DNA of 64,000 nucleotides from Felis catus (lineage: Eukaryota), in contig NC_058368.1 of assembly GCF_018350175.1 (NCBI RefSeq), positions 76,076,001-76,140,000 on the forward strand, written 5' to 3'. Below, piece after piece: positions 52,047 through 64,000 of the stretch. Positions within the stretch are counted from its first letter, which is position 1. Every line of letters begins with the position of its first letter. The translations under genes and the position numbers were made by a program. The notes under the pieces are model-generated. The model searched no databases. It saw nothing but the letters and a program-made list of their open reading frames with translations, and was not told the origin of the DNA.

Positions 52047-53043
52047 TTCTATCTTTAAGTTCCCATGCTATTCATATGACTATTCATATTTCATATGACT
52101 GATTGCTCTCGTTTATTAACGACGTGCCACTTTACTGAGTATGTGGTCTGTATTAAGTTCTGTATTATGTACTTTACAAAACATCATTCAACTTAATTAT
52201 TTAAAATAATTTAGTTACTTGCCTTATCTTGTGGCTTTTTTTTTTCTGTATGAGGACATGAAGACAGAATTTCTATCTGATTTTTCTTTCCCAAACATGA
52301 TAATGTCTTCATATACATCCTTTCAGACACCAAGCACATAATTAAATATTTGATATGTGCCTAAGTGAACAAAACAAGACCTTAAAAGAGCTTTTGGTTT
52401 TTATTCTTAAACCAAATATTCTATTGATAAAGTTTTGGTTATACAGAAAGATGCACGTTCTTTATTAGATACAGAAATTGGCAAATATTTCCTCCAATCT
52501 GTGGCTTGCCTTTTTTTTTACTCAGTACCTTTTGAAGAGAAGTTTTAATTTTGATGACCTCCAATTTACATTTTTTTTTTATCTTGCTTTTGGTGCAGTA
52601 AGGCATCTGTATCTAACCCATTATCAAAGTCACAAGGCATTCTTCTCTTAGAAGTTTTATGGGTTTTAGTTTTACGTATAAATTCATGATAAATTTTGAG
52701 TTAATATTTTATATTGAGCAAGGTACAGATTGGAGATCTTTTTATTTTTTTAAGATCCAATTATTTCTACATTATTTGCTTAAAGGACTATCCTTTCTAC
52801 ACTGAACTGATTTGTAAAAACTCAGTTGTCTACATGTGTAGGGGTCTATTTCTGGAATATGTTGTCCCTTGATCTATTTGTCTATCTCTATGCCAATACA
52901 TAACTATCTCCATTACTATAGCTTTATAGCAAGTCATAGAATCAGAAATTGTTAGTGCTCCAGCTTTGTTCTTCTTTATCCAAGTTATTTTGACTATTTA
53001 GATCCTTTGGATTTCAAAATTTATTTTAGAATGTAATTTCTAC

Positions 53044-53047
53044 AAAA

Positions 53048-53087
<40 letters not shown>

Positions 53088-53236
53088 AAAAGAAAAGAAA
53101 AGAAGAAAAGAGAAGAGAAGAGAAGAGAAGAGAAGAGAAGAGAAGAGAAGAGAAGAGAAGAGAAGAGAAGAAAAGAAAAGAAAAGAAAAGAAAAGAAAAG
53201 AAAAGAAAAGAAAAGAAAAGAAAAGAAAAGAAAAAA
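53044..53236. repeat. Compound (GAAA)n/(GAGAA)n/(GAAAA)n polypurine repeat
   Basis: Read directly from the sequence. Confidence 0.97.
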
Positions 53237-53809
53237 GCCTGGAGTTCTGATCAATAAACAGAGTTGTGTTTCTTTCCTAACCTTGATGGGGTTTTTTTCC
53301 CCCTTTTTCTTTCCTGATTCCATTGACTAGAAAGTCCAGTAAAAATGCTGAGGAGATGTAGGTAAGAGTGGATCTTTATTTTGCTCCTCATTTGGGTAAG
53401 AAAAGATTCAACCTTTTACCACTGAGTATGTTAACTATAGGGCTGCTTTTGTTTTTGATGACATGAATCAGATGAAGACATTTCTAACTTTGCTAAGAGT
53501 ATTTTTCAAGAATACATTCAGTTTATTAGTATGAAAAATTGTGCTGGTTTTCAAATATTAAACTGAGCATTATCTCCTAAGATAAATGTTTCCTGTTCAT
53601 TATGTATTATGTTTTGTATATAATTGAGTTTGATTTGCTAAAATTTTGTTTAGAATTTTTGCCTGTTCCCTTTTAAATGACATTATTCTTGTTTCCTTTT
53701 CTGGCAATATCCTCAGTTATGGTATCATGGTAAAGCTGGGCTCATAGAAATGTGTTGGGAAGCATTTTTCCCTTTTAAAGTTTCTGAAAAAATTTAAACA
53801 TAATTATTA

Positions 53810-54116
53810 TTTTTTTTATTTTTGTTATAATTTTATTTTTTAATTTATATCCAAATTAGTTAGCATATAGTGCAACAATGATTTCAAGAGTAGATTCCTT
53901 AATGCCTCTTACCCATTTAGCCCATTCGCCCTCCCACAACCCCTCCAGTAACTGTTTGTTCTCCACATTTAAGAGTCTCTTATGTTTTGTCCCCCTCCCT
54001 GTTTTTATATTATTTTTGCTTCCCTTCCCTTATGTTCATCTGTTCTGTGTCTTAAAGTCCTCATATGAGTGAAGTCATATAATATTTGTCTTTCTCTGAC
54101 TAATTTTGCTTAGCAT
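53810..54116 (-). mobile_element. Felid L1 3' end, about 300 bp
   Basis: Reverse complement closely matches 22940-23210. Confidence 0.93.
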
Positions 54117-55089
54117 CATAAATATTCTTTAAATCTGTGATAGAGAGTTACACTGAAGCTATCTGAGCTGGAATTTGTCTTTGTGGGAAGATTTTTAACT
54201 ATGTTGTAAAGCACTTTTGAGTGAATATTGACAATTTATGTTTTTCAAGACATTTGCCCATTATTCCTCCTAAGGTATCAAATTTCTTAGCACTCAGTTG
54301 TCCATGATATTCTGTTTTGGGGGTTTTGGTGGTGGTGGTGGTGGTGGTTGCTTTTTATCTCTTAGTATCTATGGTATCTGTACTGATGGCACCTCTTCTT
54401 TGATCTGTTGTTTTGTTTTGTATTTTGGTTCTTCCTTTTTTTTCAAATCATTATAGCTAGATATTTATCAATTTTATTGATCTTCTTAAATAACCACATT
54501 TAGCTTGTATTTTTTCTATTTTTTTTGTTTTCTATTTTGTTACTATTTTGACTTTCATTATTTTCTTTCTACTATTTACTTTGTGATTAATTTGCAAATA
54601 TTTTTCCAATTTCTTAAGTTGGAAAGTGGAATGACTAATTTGAGGCCTTTTCTTTTTTTAATATAGTGGTTGAGTATGATTCATTCCTAGACCACTGTTT
54701 TAGTAGTATCCCACTTCTTATTCTGATATGTTGCATTTATATTAAATTGAAAATATTTTCTAATTTCTTTTTTGGTTTCTCACTTGACACACAAGTTATT
54801 CAGAAGTATGTTATTTACTTTCCAAATAATTCAGTAATTTCCAGAAACCTTTGTCATTTACTCCTCACTTAATTTTATATTCATCAGACAACGTATTTTA
54901 TATATGAATTATACTAAATATACAAAGACTTGTTTGCTGTCCAGAATATGGTTGACCTTGGTAAATGTTACATGTGAAATTAAGAATAATGTGAAGCCTG
55001 AAGGTGTTGAGAGGAGTGTTAAATATTAAAATATCAAAGCATAATTGTAAAATTATCTAATTCTCCTTTTATCAATTTTTACTTAATCA

Positions 55090-55490
55090 ATCTTTTTTAT
55101 CATGGTAAAAACACAACATAAAATTACCATCTTACCCTTTTTTTAGGTGTACACTTCAGTAGTGTTAAGTACATTCACATTGTGGCAAAACACATCTCCA
55201 GAATTTTTTAATCTTGCATATACCCACCAACTCTCTACTTTCTGTTTCTGTAGTATTGGCTATTCTATGTACCTCATATAAATGGAATCATACAGCATCT
55301 CTCCTTTTGTGACTGGATTATATCACTTGGCAGAATGTTCTCAAGGTTCATCCATGTTGTAGCAGGTGACAAGACTTCCTTACTTTTTTTTTCTGAATAT
55401 TTATTTTTGGGAGAGCACAGTAGGGGAGGGGCAGAGAGAGAGGGACAGAGGACCCATTTTTTAAAAATTTTTTTAAATGTTTTATTTATT

Positions 55491-55530
<40 letters not shown>

Positions 55531-56550
55531 CATGAATAGTGGGGGGCACAGAGAAAGATGGAGACACAGAATTTGAAGCAGGATCCAGGCCCTGAGCTTC
55601 AGCACAGAGCTGACGTGGGACTTAAACTCACAAGCTGTGAGATCATGACCTGAGCCAAAGTCAAAAGCTTAACTGACTGGGCCACCGAGGCACCCTGAGG
55701 GAAAGAGGATCCAAAGTGGGCTCTGTGCTGACAACAGCAAGCCCAAATGTGGGATTCAAACTCATGAACCGTGAGATCATGACCTGAGCCAAAGTTGGAC
55801 GCTCAGGTGCCCAGGACGTCCTTCCTTTTTAGGAGTGAATAATATTCTATTGTATATGTGCACCACATTTTTGTTTATCCATTCATCCCTCAATAGACAT
55901 CTGGGTGGCTATTAAACTTTTCTCTCTTGTGACTAGTGCTCCTCCGGGTGTACATGTATCTCTTTAAGACCTTGCTTACAATTATTTTGGATATATGCCC
56001 AGGAATGGAATTGCTGGATCATATGGTAGTTCTGTTTTTAATTTTTTGAGAAATTTCCATACTGTCTTCCACAGAAGCTGCACCATTTTACAATTCCATT
56101 AACAGTGCAGAAGGGTCCCAATTTCTTCATGTCCTCACCAAAACTTGTTATTTTGTTTTTGTTGTTGTCATTGTTGCTATTGTGTTTGTTTTCTATACGG
56201 GCATGAGGTGATACCCCACTGTGGTTCTGACAGGCATTTTTCTAATGATGTTGAGCATCTTTTCATAGGCTTGTTGGCCATTTGTATATTTTCATTGGAG
56301 AAATGTCTCTAAGTCCTTTGCTCATTTTTAAAAATCAGGTTATTTCCATTTTTGTTGTTGAGTAGTAGAAGTTCTTTATATATTCTCAATATATACTCTG
56401 GATTATCTCCTTATTAGATAATATGATTTGCAATTTTTTCCCCACTGTAGATTGCCTTTTCATTTTGTTGATTGTACTCTTGGATGCATGAAGGTTTCTC
56501 ACTTCAATGTAGTCCCATTAGTCTATTTTTGCTTTTGTTGCCCGTAGTTT
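55090..56550 (-). mobile_element. L1MA/MB 3' fragment nested in the older L1
   Basis: ggaatggaattgctggatcatatggtagttct...; tgtacacttcagtagtgttaagtacattcacattgt. Confidence 0.85.
55384..55812 (-). mobile_element. CanSINE with a second CanSINE nested at about 55456-55696
   Basis: TSD gaggga(c/a)agagga(c/t)cca flanks the inner copy. Confidence 0.92.
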
Positions 56551-56860
56551 TCAGCTTGTCTCTAGAGTTCTCACGGAAGTATTCTGATATCATTGTAAAC
56601 CCAGGGCCGCAGTGGGAGAAGGAGGGCCTGTAGTTTCCTCATCCACCATCACACTGATGTCACTCCATCCTTAGTGAATTTTGAAGTCCTGTTATTAGGA
56701 GTATGAACATTTGAAATACATCTGTTTGATGAATTCAATCCGTTATCATTATGGTAAAATTCCTTTATCCCTGACTATATGTGTTCCTCTGAAATCTACT
56801 TTCTTTTGATATTAACATGCTGCTGATTTATTTTGATTAATATCAGTGTGGTATATTTTC

Positions 56861-57067
56861 TTTTTTAATTTTTTTAATGTTTATTTATTTTGACAGAGAG
56901 AGAGAGAGCATGAGTGTGGGACAGGTAGAGAGGGAGGGAGACACAGAATCCAAAGTAGGCTCCGGGCTCCAAGCTGGAGCCTGATGCGGGACTCAAACTC
57001 AAGGACCACAAGATCATGACCTGAGCCAAAGTCAGACACTGAACTGACTGAGCCACCCAGGGGCCCC
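56861..57067 (-). mobile_element. CanSINE
   Basis: TSD cagtgtggtatattttc. Confidence 0.95.
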
Positions 57068-58544
57068 AGTGTGGTATATTTTCAATTCTTTCCTTTTTAA
57101 TATGTTTGTCTTCATATATAATAGCATATTTTATTGGCAGGATGTGGTTGGTTCTTGCTTACTTTAATCTGGGTATTTAGACCATATACATTTAATGGTA
57201 TTATTCATATGCTTTTAACTCTTTTATCTGATTTTCATTTGTCTCATGTATTGTTGTTAACTTTACTCCTTTTTTTCCGTCCTTTAGATTAACTGTAAAT
57301 AATTTTTTATGATTACATGTTATCTTACTTGGTGGGTTGATAAAACGTTGTGTTATATGATTCCAGGTGGTTACCTTAGGGTTTATAACACATAATGCTA
57401 ACTCATCACAGTCTACTTTCAGGCGCTATTATATCACTTTCTCTATAGTCTAAGAGCTTATAGTAGTGGGCTTCCTTTTCTCCTCTCTAAAACTTCATGC
57501 TAATGCCACCATGTTTTTATCATTTCTAGTGTTCTTAATACGTTTACGGAGATTCAGAGTTTCATCTGGTTTTATTTTTCTTCTACCTAGGCTTCTTTTT
57601 TATATTCCTTTTGGTGTAGGCCTGGTGGTGATGAATTCTTTCGGTTTTTGTGTGTCCAAATAAGTCTTTGTTCCACTTTAATTTCTACAAGACAAATATT
57701 GCTAGATATAGAATTCTTGCGGGATAGGGGTTTTTCTGTCAGTACATTAAAGAAGTCAATCTGCTCTTTTCTCACTTGTAACAATGCCAATGATAAATCC
57801 GAGATCATGATTATGTTAGTTTCTTTTTCTCTCTGGTTTCACTTAAGATTTTTCCTTTTTCACTATTTTTAGCAAGTTGATGATGATGTGTTTTGGTATT
57901 TTCTTTTGCTTTGGGTTCTTAAACTTCTTTGGTCTACAGGTTTATAGTTTTCATTAAATTTTGAAAAATTCTAACCATTATTTCATCAACATTTTTTCCT
58001 CCCATTTTTCCTTCCCCACCTCCCCTTTGCCCTCTCCTTTACAAACTCCAGCTGTACACATAGTTGGCCACTTGAAGCTGTTCCATAGTTCACTGATATT
58101 CTTTTAACTTTATGAAATTGACTTCTTATGTCTTTGTTTCATTTTAGATGGCTACTATTGCTATGTCTTCAAGTTTACATTCCCTTTTGGCAATGACTGA
58201 CATAATGTTAACACCATCAGTACATTTTTCATCTCAATCATGGGTAGTCTTTATTTCCAGGAGTGGAAGACTGGATTTTGGTCTTGCATCCTCCATATTT
58301 CTATCTACTTTCACATGACATACAGTTATAATAATTGTTTTAAGGTCCTTGATGACTAATTCTAACATCTGTGATTTTTGGTTTCGTTTCAAATGCTAGA
58401 TTTTATTATGGGTCATATACACCTGCTTTTCTCCACGCCCAGTAATTTTCATTAGATGCCAGACATTGTGACTGTTTCCTAGAGTTGATGTTAAATACTT
58501 TGTATTCTTATAAGTATTCTTGATCTTTGTCTTCAAACCTATCT

Positions 58545-58744
58545 ATTTATTAAAGTTTATTTATTTATTTGAGAAAGAGAGAGAGCGTGGGGGAGGGGTG
58601 TGCTGGGAGAGAGAGAATCCCAAGCAGGCTCCATGTAGCCAGCAGGGAGCTGGACAGAAGGCTCAATCTCACGAACCATGAGATCATGACCTGAGCCTAA
58701 ATCAAGAATTGGATACTTCACCAACTGAGCCACCCAGGCACCCC
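58545..58744 (-). mobile_element. CanSINE
   Basis: Antisense. Confidence 0.92.
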
Positions 58745-59809
58745 TGTTTTCAAATTTAATTAAATTACTTGGAGACGCTTTTTAACATACTTTGGTCTTG
58801 CCCTTATGGTCTGTCAGGGAATTTGAAGAAGTACTCAATCCACGATAAATTATTTATGCCCAGTGAGGCAAGACCTTTCTAAGTACTCTATCCAACAGGT
58901 AATAAATTATGAGGTTTCCCAGTATAGCTCATGGCCATAAGTGCTATTCCTTTCTCTGTGCGACTGTCAAACGATTTATCTCTAATATTTTCAGATGATT
59001 CTTCCTCCTGCCTTGATGGTTTCCTCTCATGCAAGTGCTGATTGATACTCAACTGAACACCAAGGAAGAGTCTCATAAAATCTCAAGAGTTTCCTGCCTC
59101 TCTCACTCCTCTCTCTCCTTGACCTCCCTTACACTCCCTCTCTCAATTTCTCATCTGTCTGGAATAGTGTCTTGAAAAGTCTAGCTGCCTTGGTCTCCTT
59201 CTTCTCCACTCAAGGATGACACTGGATTCTGGCTGGGTTCTTTTCCCATGTGCCATGACCTAGAAACTCTCTTACAGTTTTAATCTGGGGAAACTGTAAA
59301 ATCATATTGTTTATATTTAATCTCTCAGGGATCACTGTCCTTTGTACCCTGATGTAAAGTATCTCACAAAGCACTGTTTTATATATTTTGTTTATGTCCT
59401 TAGATGTTTATAGTGAGAGGGTAACTCACTCCTGTTATTCTATCTTCTGGAAAGCTTTTTCTTATATGAGTGTTTTTGTTTTTGTTTTTCCATTCCTGAT
59501 TAAATAGTCTAGTATATAGATAACACCATGTACAACCATGATATTTTCTTTTATTGTTAAATATTTCACTACTTTCTTGATTAGATAATGAATCTGCATC
59601 CCATTTGGGTGAAAAAATATTTGTGACTTTTAAGATTATTTCATTTTAAAGATAACACCAAACGAATAATGGCAGGTGTCTTGGAATTTAATTTCATTGC
59701 ATTGCTAAGAACCGATGGGATGCCATTTGCAAATAAGAAAACTAAAAAATAGCCTTCTTTTCTAGCTCTTTAAGGCAATGAATTGGTGACAATTAAATAG
59801 ACATGTTTT

Positions 59810-60046
59810 GGGGCGCCTGGGTGGCGCAGGCGGTTAGGCGTCCGACTTCAGCCAGGTCACAATCTCGCGGTCTGTGAGTTTGAGCCCCGCGTCAGGCTCT
59901 GGGCTGATGGCTCGGAGCCTGGAGCCTGTTTCCGATTCTGTGTCTCCCTCTCTCTCTGCCCCTCCCCCGTTCATGCTCTGTCTCTCTCTGTCCCAAAAAT
60001 AAATAAAAAAAAAAGTTGAAAAAAAAATAATAAATAAATAAATAAA
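59810..60046 (+). mobile_element. CanSINE (young felid subfamily)
   Basis: TSD taaatagacatgtttt, (TAAA)n tail. Confidence 0.97.
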
Positions 60047-62621
60047 TAAATAGACATGTTTTGCCAAATAAATAAACATAAATAAGAAATCAACGCCCAT
60101 TGACACTGGTGAGAAAAGAATAATTCATCAAAAAATTATCTTGGTACAATCTTTCTTTTGTTCTCTAAAATATTCATGCCAGCAAAAACATACAAGGGGC
60201 TGATGAAGAAACACAGTTTATTTTTTTCTCCTTTAAGAATATTAAATATATTTAACAGTCTGGGAATTTGTAATTATTGACAAATATTCATCTACTTATT
60301 AGCAAGTTTAGATAACTTCAAGAATGACCATTGTGAGTAAAAGACTTAGGTCATAGATTTTAGGATCACGTATTTCCAAAGATTCTTTGGAAAATCACCC
60401 AATAAAACAAGCTCTTCCTGAAGGGGATTAGCTTTGGTATTTTGACTTCTTTTTTGGTCCTTTATGATGAATTGGGAGACAAAGGTGGGAAATGGGATTC
60501 TTTTCTGTTGATATAAGTTGTTTTAACTGATGATAAAATATCAAGAGGTTTTTCTGTGCTTATATTAGAAATGAGCAATGTACGATGTTTTCTGAGACCT
60601 TAAATACTTTCTACTGCAAGAACCCTAACTGCATGCAATTTTGCTGGGAAACTTTTCCAGTGTTGTCTGAAAATACCATGATGTCTGGATCTTGGTTTGT
60701 TTGGATGAAAGACAAAAGGAATGATGTAAGAGATGCTATTGTGAGAAAAGGCCATTATTAACATTTCAATGAAAGCGGGTAGGCTGAAAAGGTTCCCATC
60801 TATGTTGAAACAGTTAGCAGAGTGACCTTACTGTTTTCCACCGGGAAATTTTATGTGGTCTTTAATTTATTGCATATAATTTCTTCTATAATTCCAACAA
60901 ATGATTATAAGAGTTAATTAAAAAGGAACAACCCCAGTTATATCACTGCCATTGTCTAACATAGAAGCCAATAGCATAGATACAGAACAAAGATTCCATG
61001 TTCACGAATCACGTGCATTCAAAGGGCTGTTATTACATATCATCGGAAGAATTGCTCAATGACAAGTGAGGGAGAGTATTATTAGTGAGATTTCGTGCAG
61101 CAGAGCCATGACAAAGGATGTAAATGAATGGTATCATGTGTTCCCATGTGTTTATATCACCAATGTTTTTAGAGAGAGGGTAAAGTTTAAAGAAGAAAAC
61201 GAAGATCCAATTTCTGTCTGCTATAAAGGAGAAAAGTCTTGACACTGACTTTCCAACTGAAGAACAAGTATATGAGGGGAAAGGGAGACAACATTGAATG
61301 ACATATTCTTCATTAAAACTTGTCACAGTTGAACATCTGTGTTTATTTTTATGTAACATCCTGCATCAAAATACACTAACGCTAAAAAAACAAAAAACAA
61401 AACAAAACAAAACAGAATGCTCCAGGGGCGACACTTTAATAAAATTCAACTTTCCTTATTTTCCATCTTTACTTCTTTTGCTTTGTTCATTTTCCTGCTC
61501 GAACAACTAAAATTTAATAATTACTCTTTAATTTTTCTTTGAAGATTAAGCTTCTGAGCTTCCATTCGGAATTTCAAGATTCACTGTAGACTCAAGGCAA
61601 CAAAATTAAATGGCCCTGTTTTGCTCTGTTTTTTTTTAAATATTTTATATGAGTTTGTGTATGTGTGTGATATGATATATACACATGTGTGTGTGTGCAC
61701 GTATGTGTTGGATGATGTAACAATTATGACTAAGACTTTTGGCTAAGAGAGCACTATAGAAGAACAGTTCTAACTAAATGTTTTTTTGAATTCTGGCTAC
61801 GCATTGTTCAGTATTCAAGAAAGAAATTAAATTAAGTGTGATTTCCTTATGCTCCAAAATAACTCTAGCATTTTGGAAAGCAGAGGAGTCACAGCCTTCC
61901 TAGGCCTAGCTACTATTCAATGCTTAGCTAAGGGGAACATTTCAAATACAAAAAGTCCCATCAAGTGGACAAAGACAGGAGGCAAGATGGCAGCACCACT
62001 GTTTTACATAAGGCCTTTCACAGAATTATTTTTGAGCCAAGTAATTTCATGTCAGCCAAATACTAACTGGTGGTACAACAGAATTGTAACATGATATATT
62101 TTCTCCTCAAGAAATGCAGAATGTCTTTCGTGGTTTATCTTTCAGGACTTTGAACTGGGGATTGCAAGGGGAAGGCAGCACCAGTGAGAATGGAAGTTGG
62201 GAGCCTGCCTTGTCCGTAGCCCTCTGAGCACTGGCTGCTTTTCTCAAACAGGTGCATTCCTGAGCCTGGAGACGTGCTTAATCTCCTCACTTCTCATCCC
62301 CACTTCCAGACAATTTCCCCTCCCTCCAAGTCTAGCTGGGAATAATATTGCTGACTCTGCCTTATAGTCCTTGTTGTTCTCATTTACCAGGTCTCTCTTG
62401 TCTTCACACGTAGAGATTTTAATACTTGTGTAGATGATCCTTGCAATAACTGGACTCTCAACTCTTAAGAATCTTTTCCTCCAATGAACTTGTCCTCATG
62501 CAACTCACCATTCCCCCGTAGCCATTTCTAGATCTGGTCATGACCAAGGGTCAAGCATTCTTCTCTACTAGAACCCTGGATCCCACAATCCTTTGACTTT
62601 AAATAAAACTACTACTCATTA

Positions 62622-62623
<2 letters not shown>

Positions 62624-62664
<41 letters not shown>

Positions 62665-62674
62665 CATATAGTGA

Positions 62675-62721
<47 letters not shown>
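62624..62721. repeat. Compound (TG)n(TA)n microsatellite
   Basis: Read directly from the sequence. Confidence 0.97.
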
Positions 62722-62722
<1 letters not shown>

Positions 62723-63074
62723 TATCTCCTACCACTCTACATTCCTATTCCTATTCAGAATAATTTCCATGGCCAAGAGATATAATCAGTGCCTTCTATA
62801 TATTCTCAACATCCATTTTCCCCTCTCTCTATTGCAGGTACTTGTAAGCCACATTCTAGCCTGGATTTTACCCAATTTCTATCTCCTCCATGCCTCACTC
62901 ATACAACAACTTGTGGAACTAACCATGACTGGAGAAACACAAACATCGGTACTGATGAGTCACACTTCCAATCCATGTTGGTAGCCCTAAACAGACCCTC
63001 ACACTGCCTGGCAGGCATCACCATACTGTATCTCCTTAGTGCCTTCACTTTCCTTCTCCCTCAAGTTTCCTTCT

Positions 63075-63298
63075 TTTTTTTTTTAATTTTTTAAAGTTTA
63101 TTTATTTATTTCGAGACAGACAGAGACAGTGTGAGCAGGTGAGGAGCAGAGACAGAGGGAGAGAGAAAGAATCCCAAGCAGGCTCTGCACTGTCGGCGCA
63201 GAGCCCCACGCAGGGCTTGAACTCACGAAACCGTGAGATCATGACCCGAGGTGAAACCAGAGTCAGATGCTTAACCGACTGAGTCGCCCAGAGACCCC
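63075..63298 (-). mobile_element. CanSINE
   Basis: Antisense, TSD cctcaagtttc. Confidence 0.95.
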
Positions 63299-63967
63299 TC
63301 AAGTTTCTCTTTCATACATTTTCTTCTCTCCTCAAACTTCCGGCACCTTCTCTCCTATTCTCACTCATCATTGGTTTTCTTGATTCTTACTTCAGTTAGA
63401 AAACAGAAGCAGTTAGAAGGTATTCCTACAGATCCCGCCACCTGGTGAATGTCAGTCTGTACATTCTGCCTTCCCCCCCTTTTACGGTGGCAGCCCAGCC
63501 ACGTTCCTGGTAGAGGCTCCCCCATCATGCCCTCGATGCTGTCTTCTTCGACACTTAAGGGCATCACTCAAGTTATTCTCTCCTTTCTCCTCTACATCAA
63601 ACACAATTTCCTTCACTAGTAAATCATTCTCATCAGAGTATAAACACGCCATTGTTTCTTGCATCATAAAAGAAAAAAAAAATCTTACCCTGTCTCTCAC
63701 ATTCTCACCCTCCAAATAGTAGATTGCCTCAAAAGCGTTGTTTGTACTGGATTTTCTAGGCTTCACCTAGTTTCATTCTAAACAGATTCACCTCCATGCT
63801 ATGATCACATCTACTACTATGAATGCACTCAATGACCTCTACATTACTGAAACCTAAGATCAATATCCACATCTGCGCTGTCAGAAGAACGGGACACAGA
63901 TGGGTATTTTTAGAAAAGAGGAATGGTCCTCAAGTAGTAGAAATTAGGAACAAGAACACCTATTCCA

Positions 63968-64000
63968 GGGCGCCTGGATGGCTTAGTTGGTAGAGCATAT
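63968..64000 (+). mobile_element. CanSINE head (cut by the window end)
   Basis: gggcgcctggatggcttagttgg. Confidence 0.85.

Larger units (their letters stand above)
52400..59450 (-). mobile_element. Long old L1 (L1M) relic with nested younger insertions
   Basis: T-rich antisense L1 ORF2/ORF1-like sequence (gcaaatatttcctccaatctgtggcttgcc; ggtgatgaattctttcggtttttg). Confidence 0.85.
62400..63880 (+). mobile_element. L2 LINE fragment(s)
   Basis: Pyrimidine-rich L2 ORF2-like sequence (ctggagaaac, cagttagaaaacagaagc, cattctcatcagagtataaaca). Confidence 0.65.

Overview
This is mammalian genomic DNA, almost certainly a felid (cat family). It carries about 37 tRNA-derived CanSINEs of the feline SINEC_Fc type, old and carnivore-specific L1 fragments, MaLR/ERV LTRs, L2, MIR and many microsatellites. 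I see no intact protein-coding gene, no tRNA or rRNA gene, and no prokaryote-type system. The most notable signal is a chain of non-repetitive, exon-shaped segments on the minus strand between about 51.4 kb and 1.3 kb. They are bounded by AG/GT splice sites and are depleted of stop codons in one frame. Several joins are phase-compatible, and the segments carry discrete lesions (TGA/TAA stops, a 1-nt deletion, a 7-nt duplication, an L1 inserted into an acceptor). I read this as the relic of a large multi-exon gene (candidate unitary pseudogene) whose family I could not identify by eye. Repeat family names are by-eye resemblance, and repeat boundaries are approximate.
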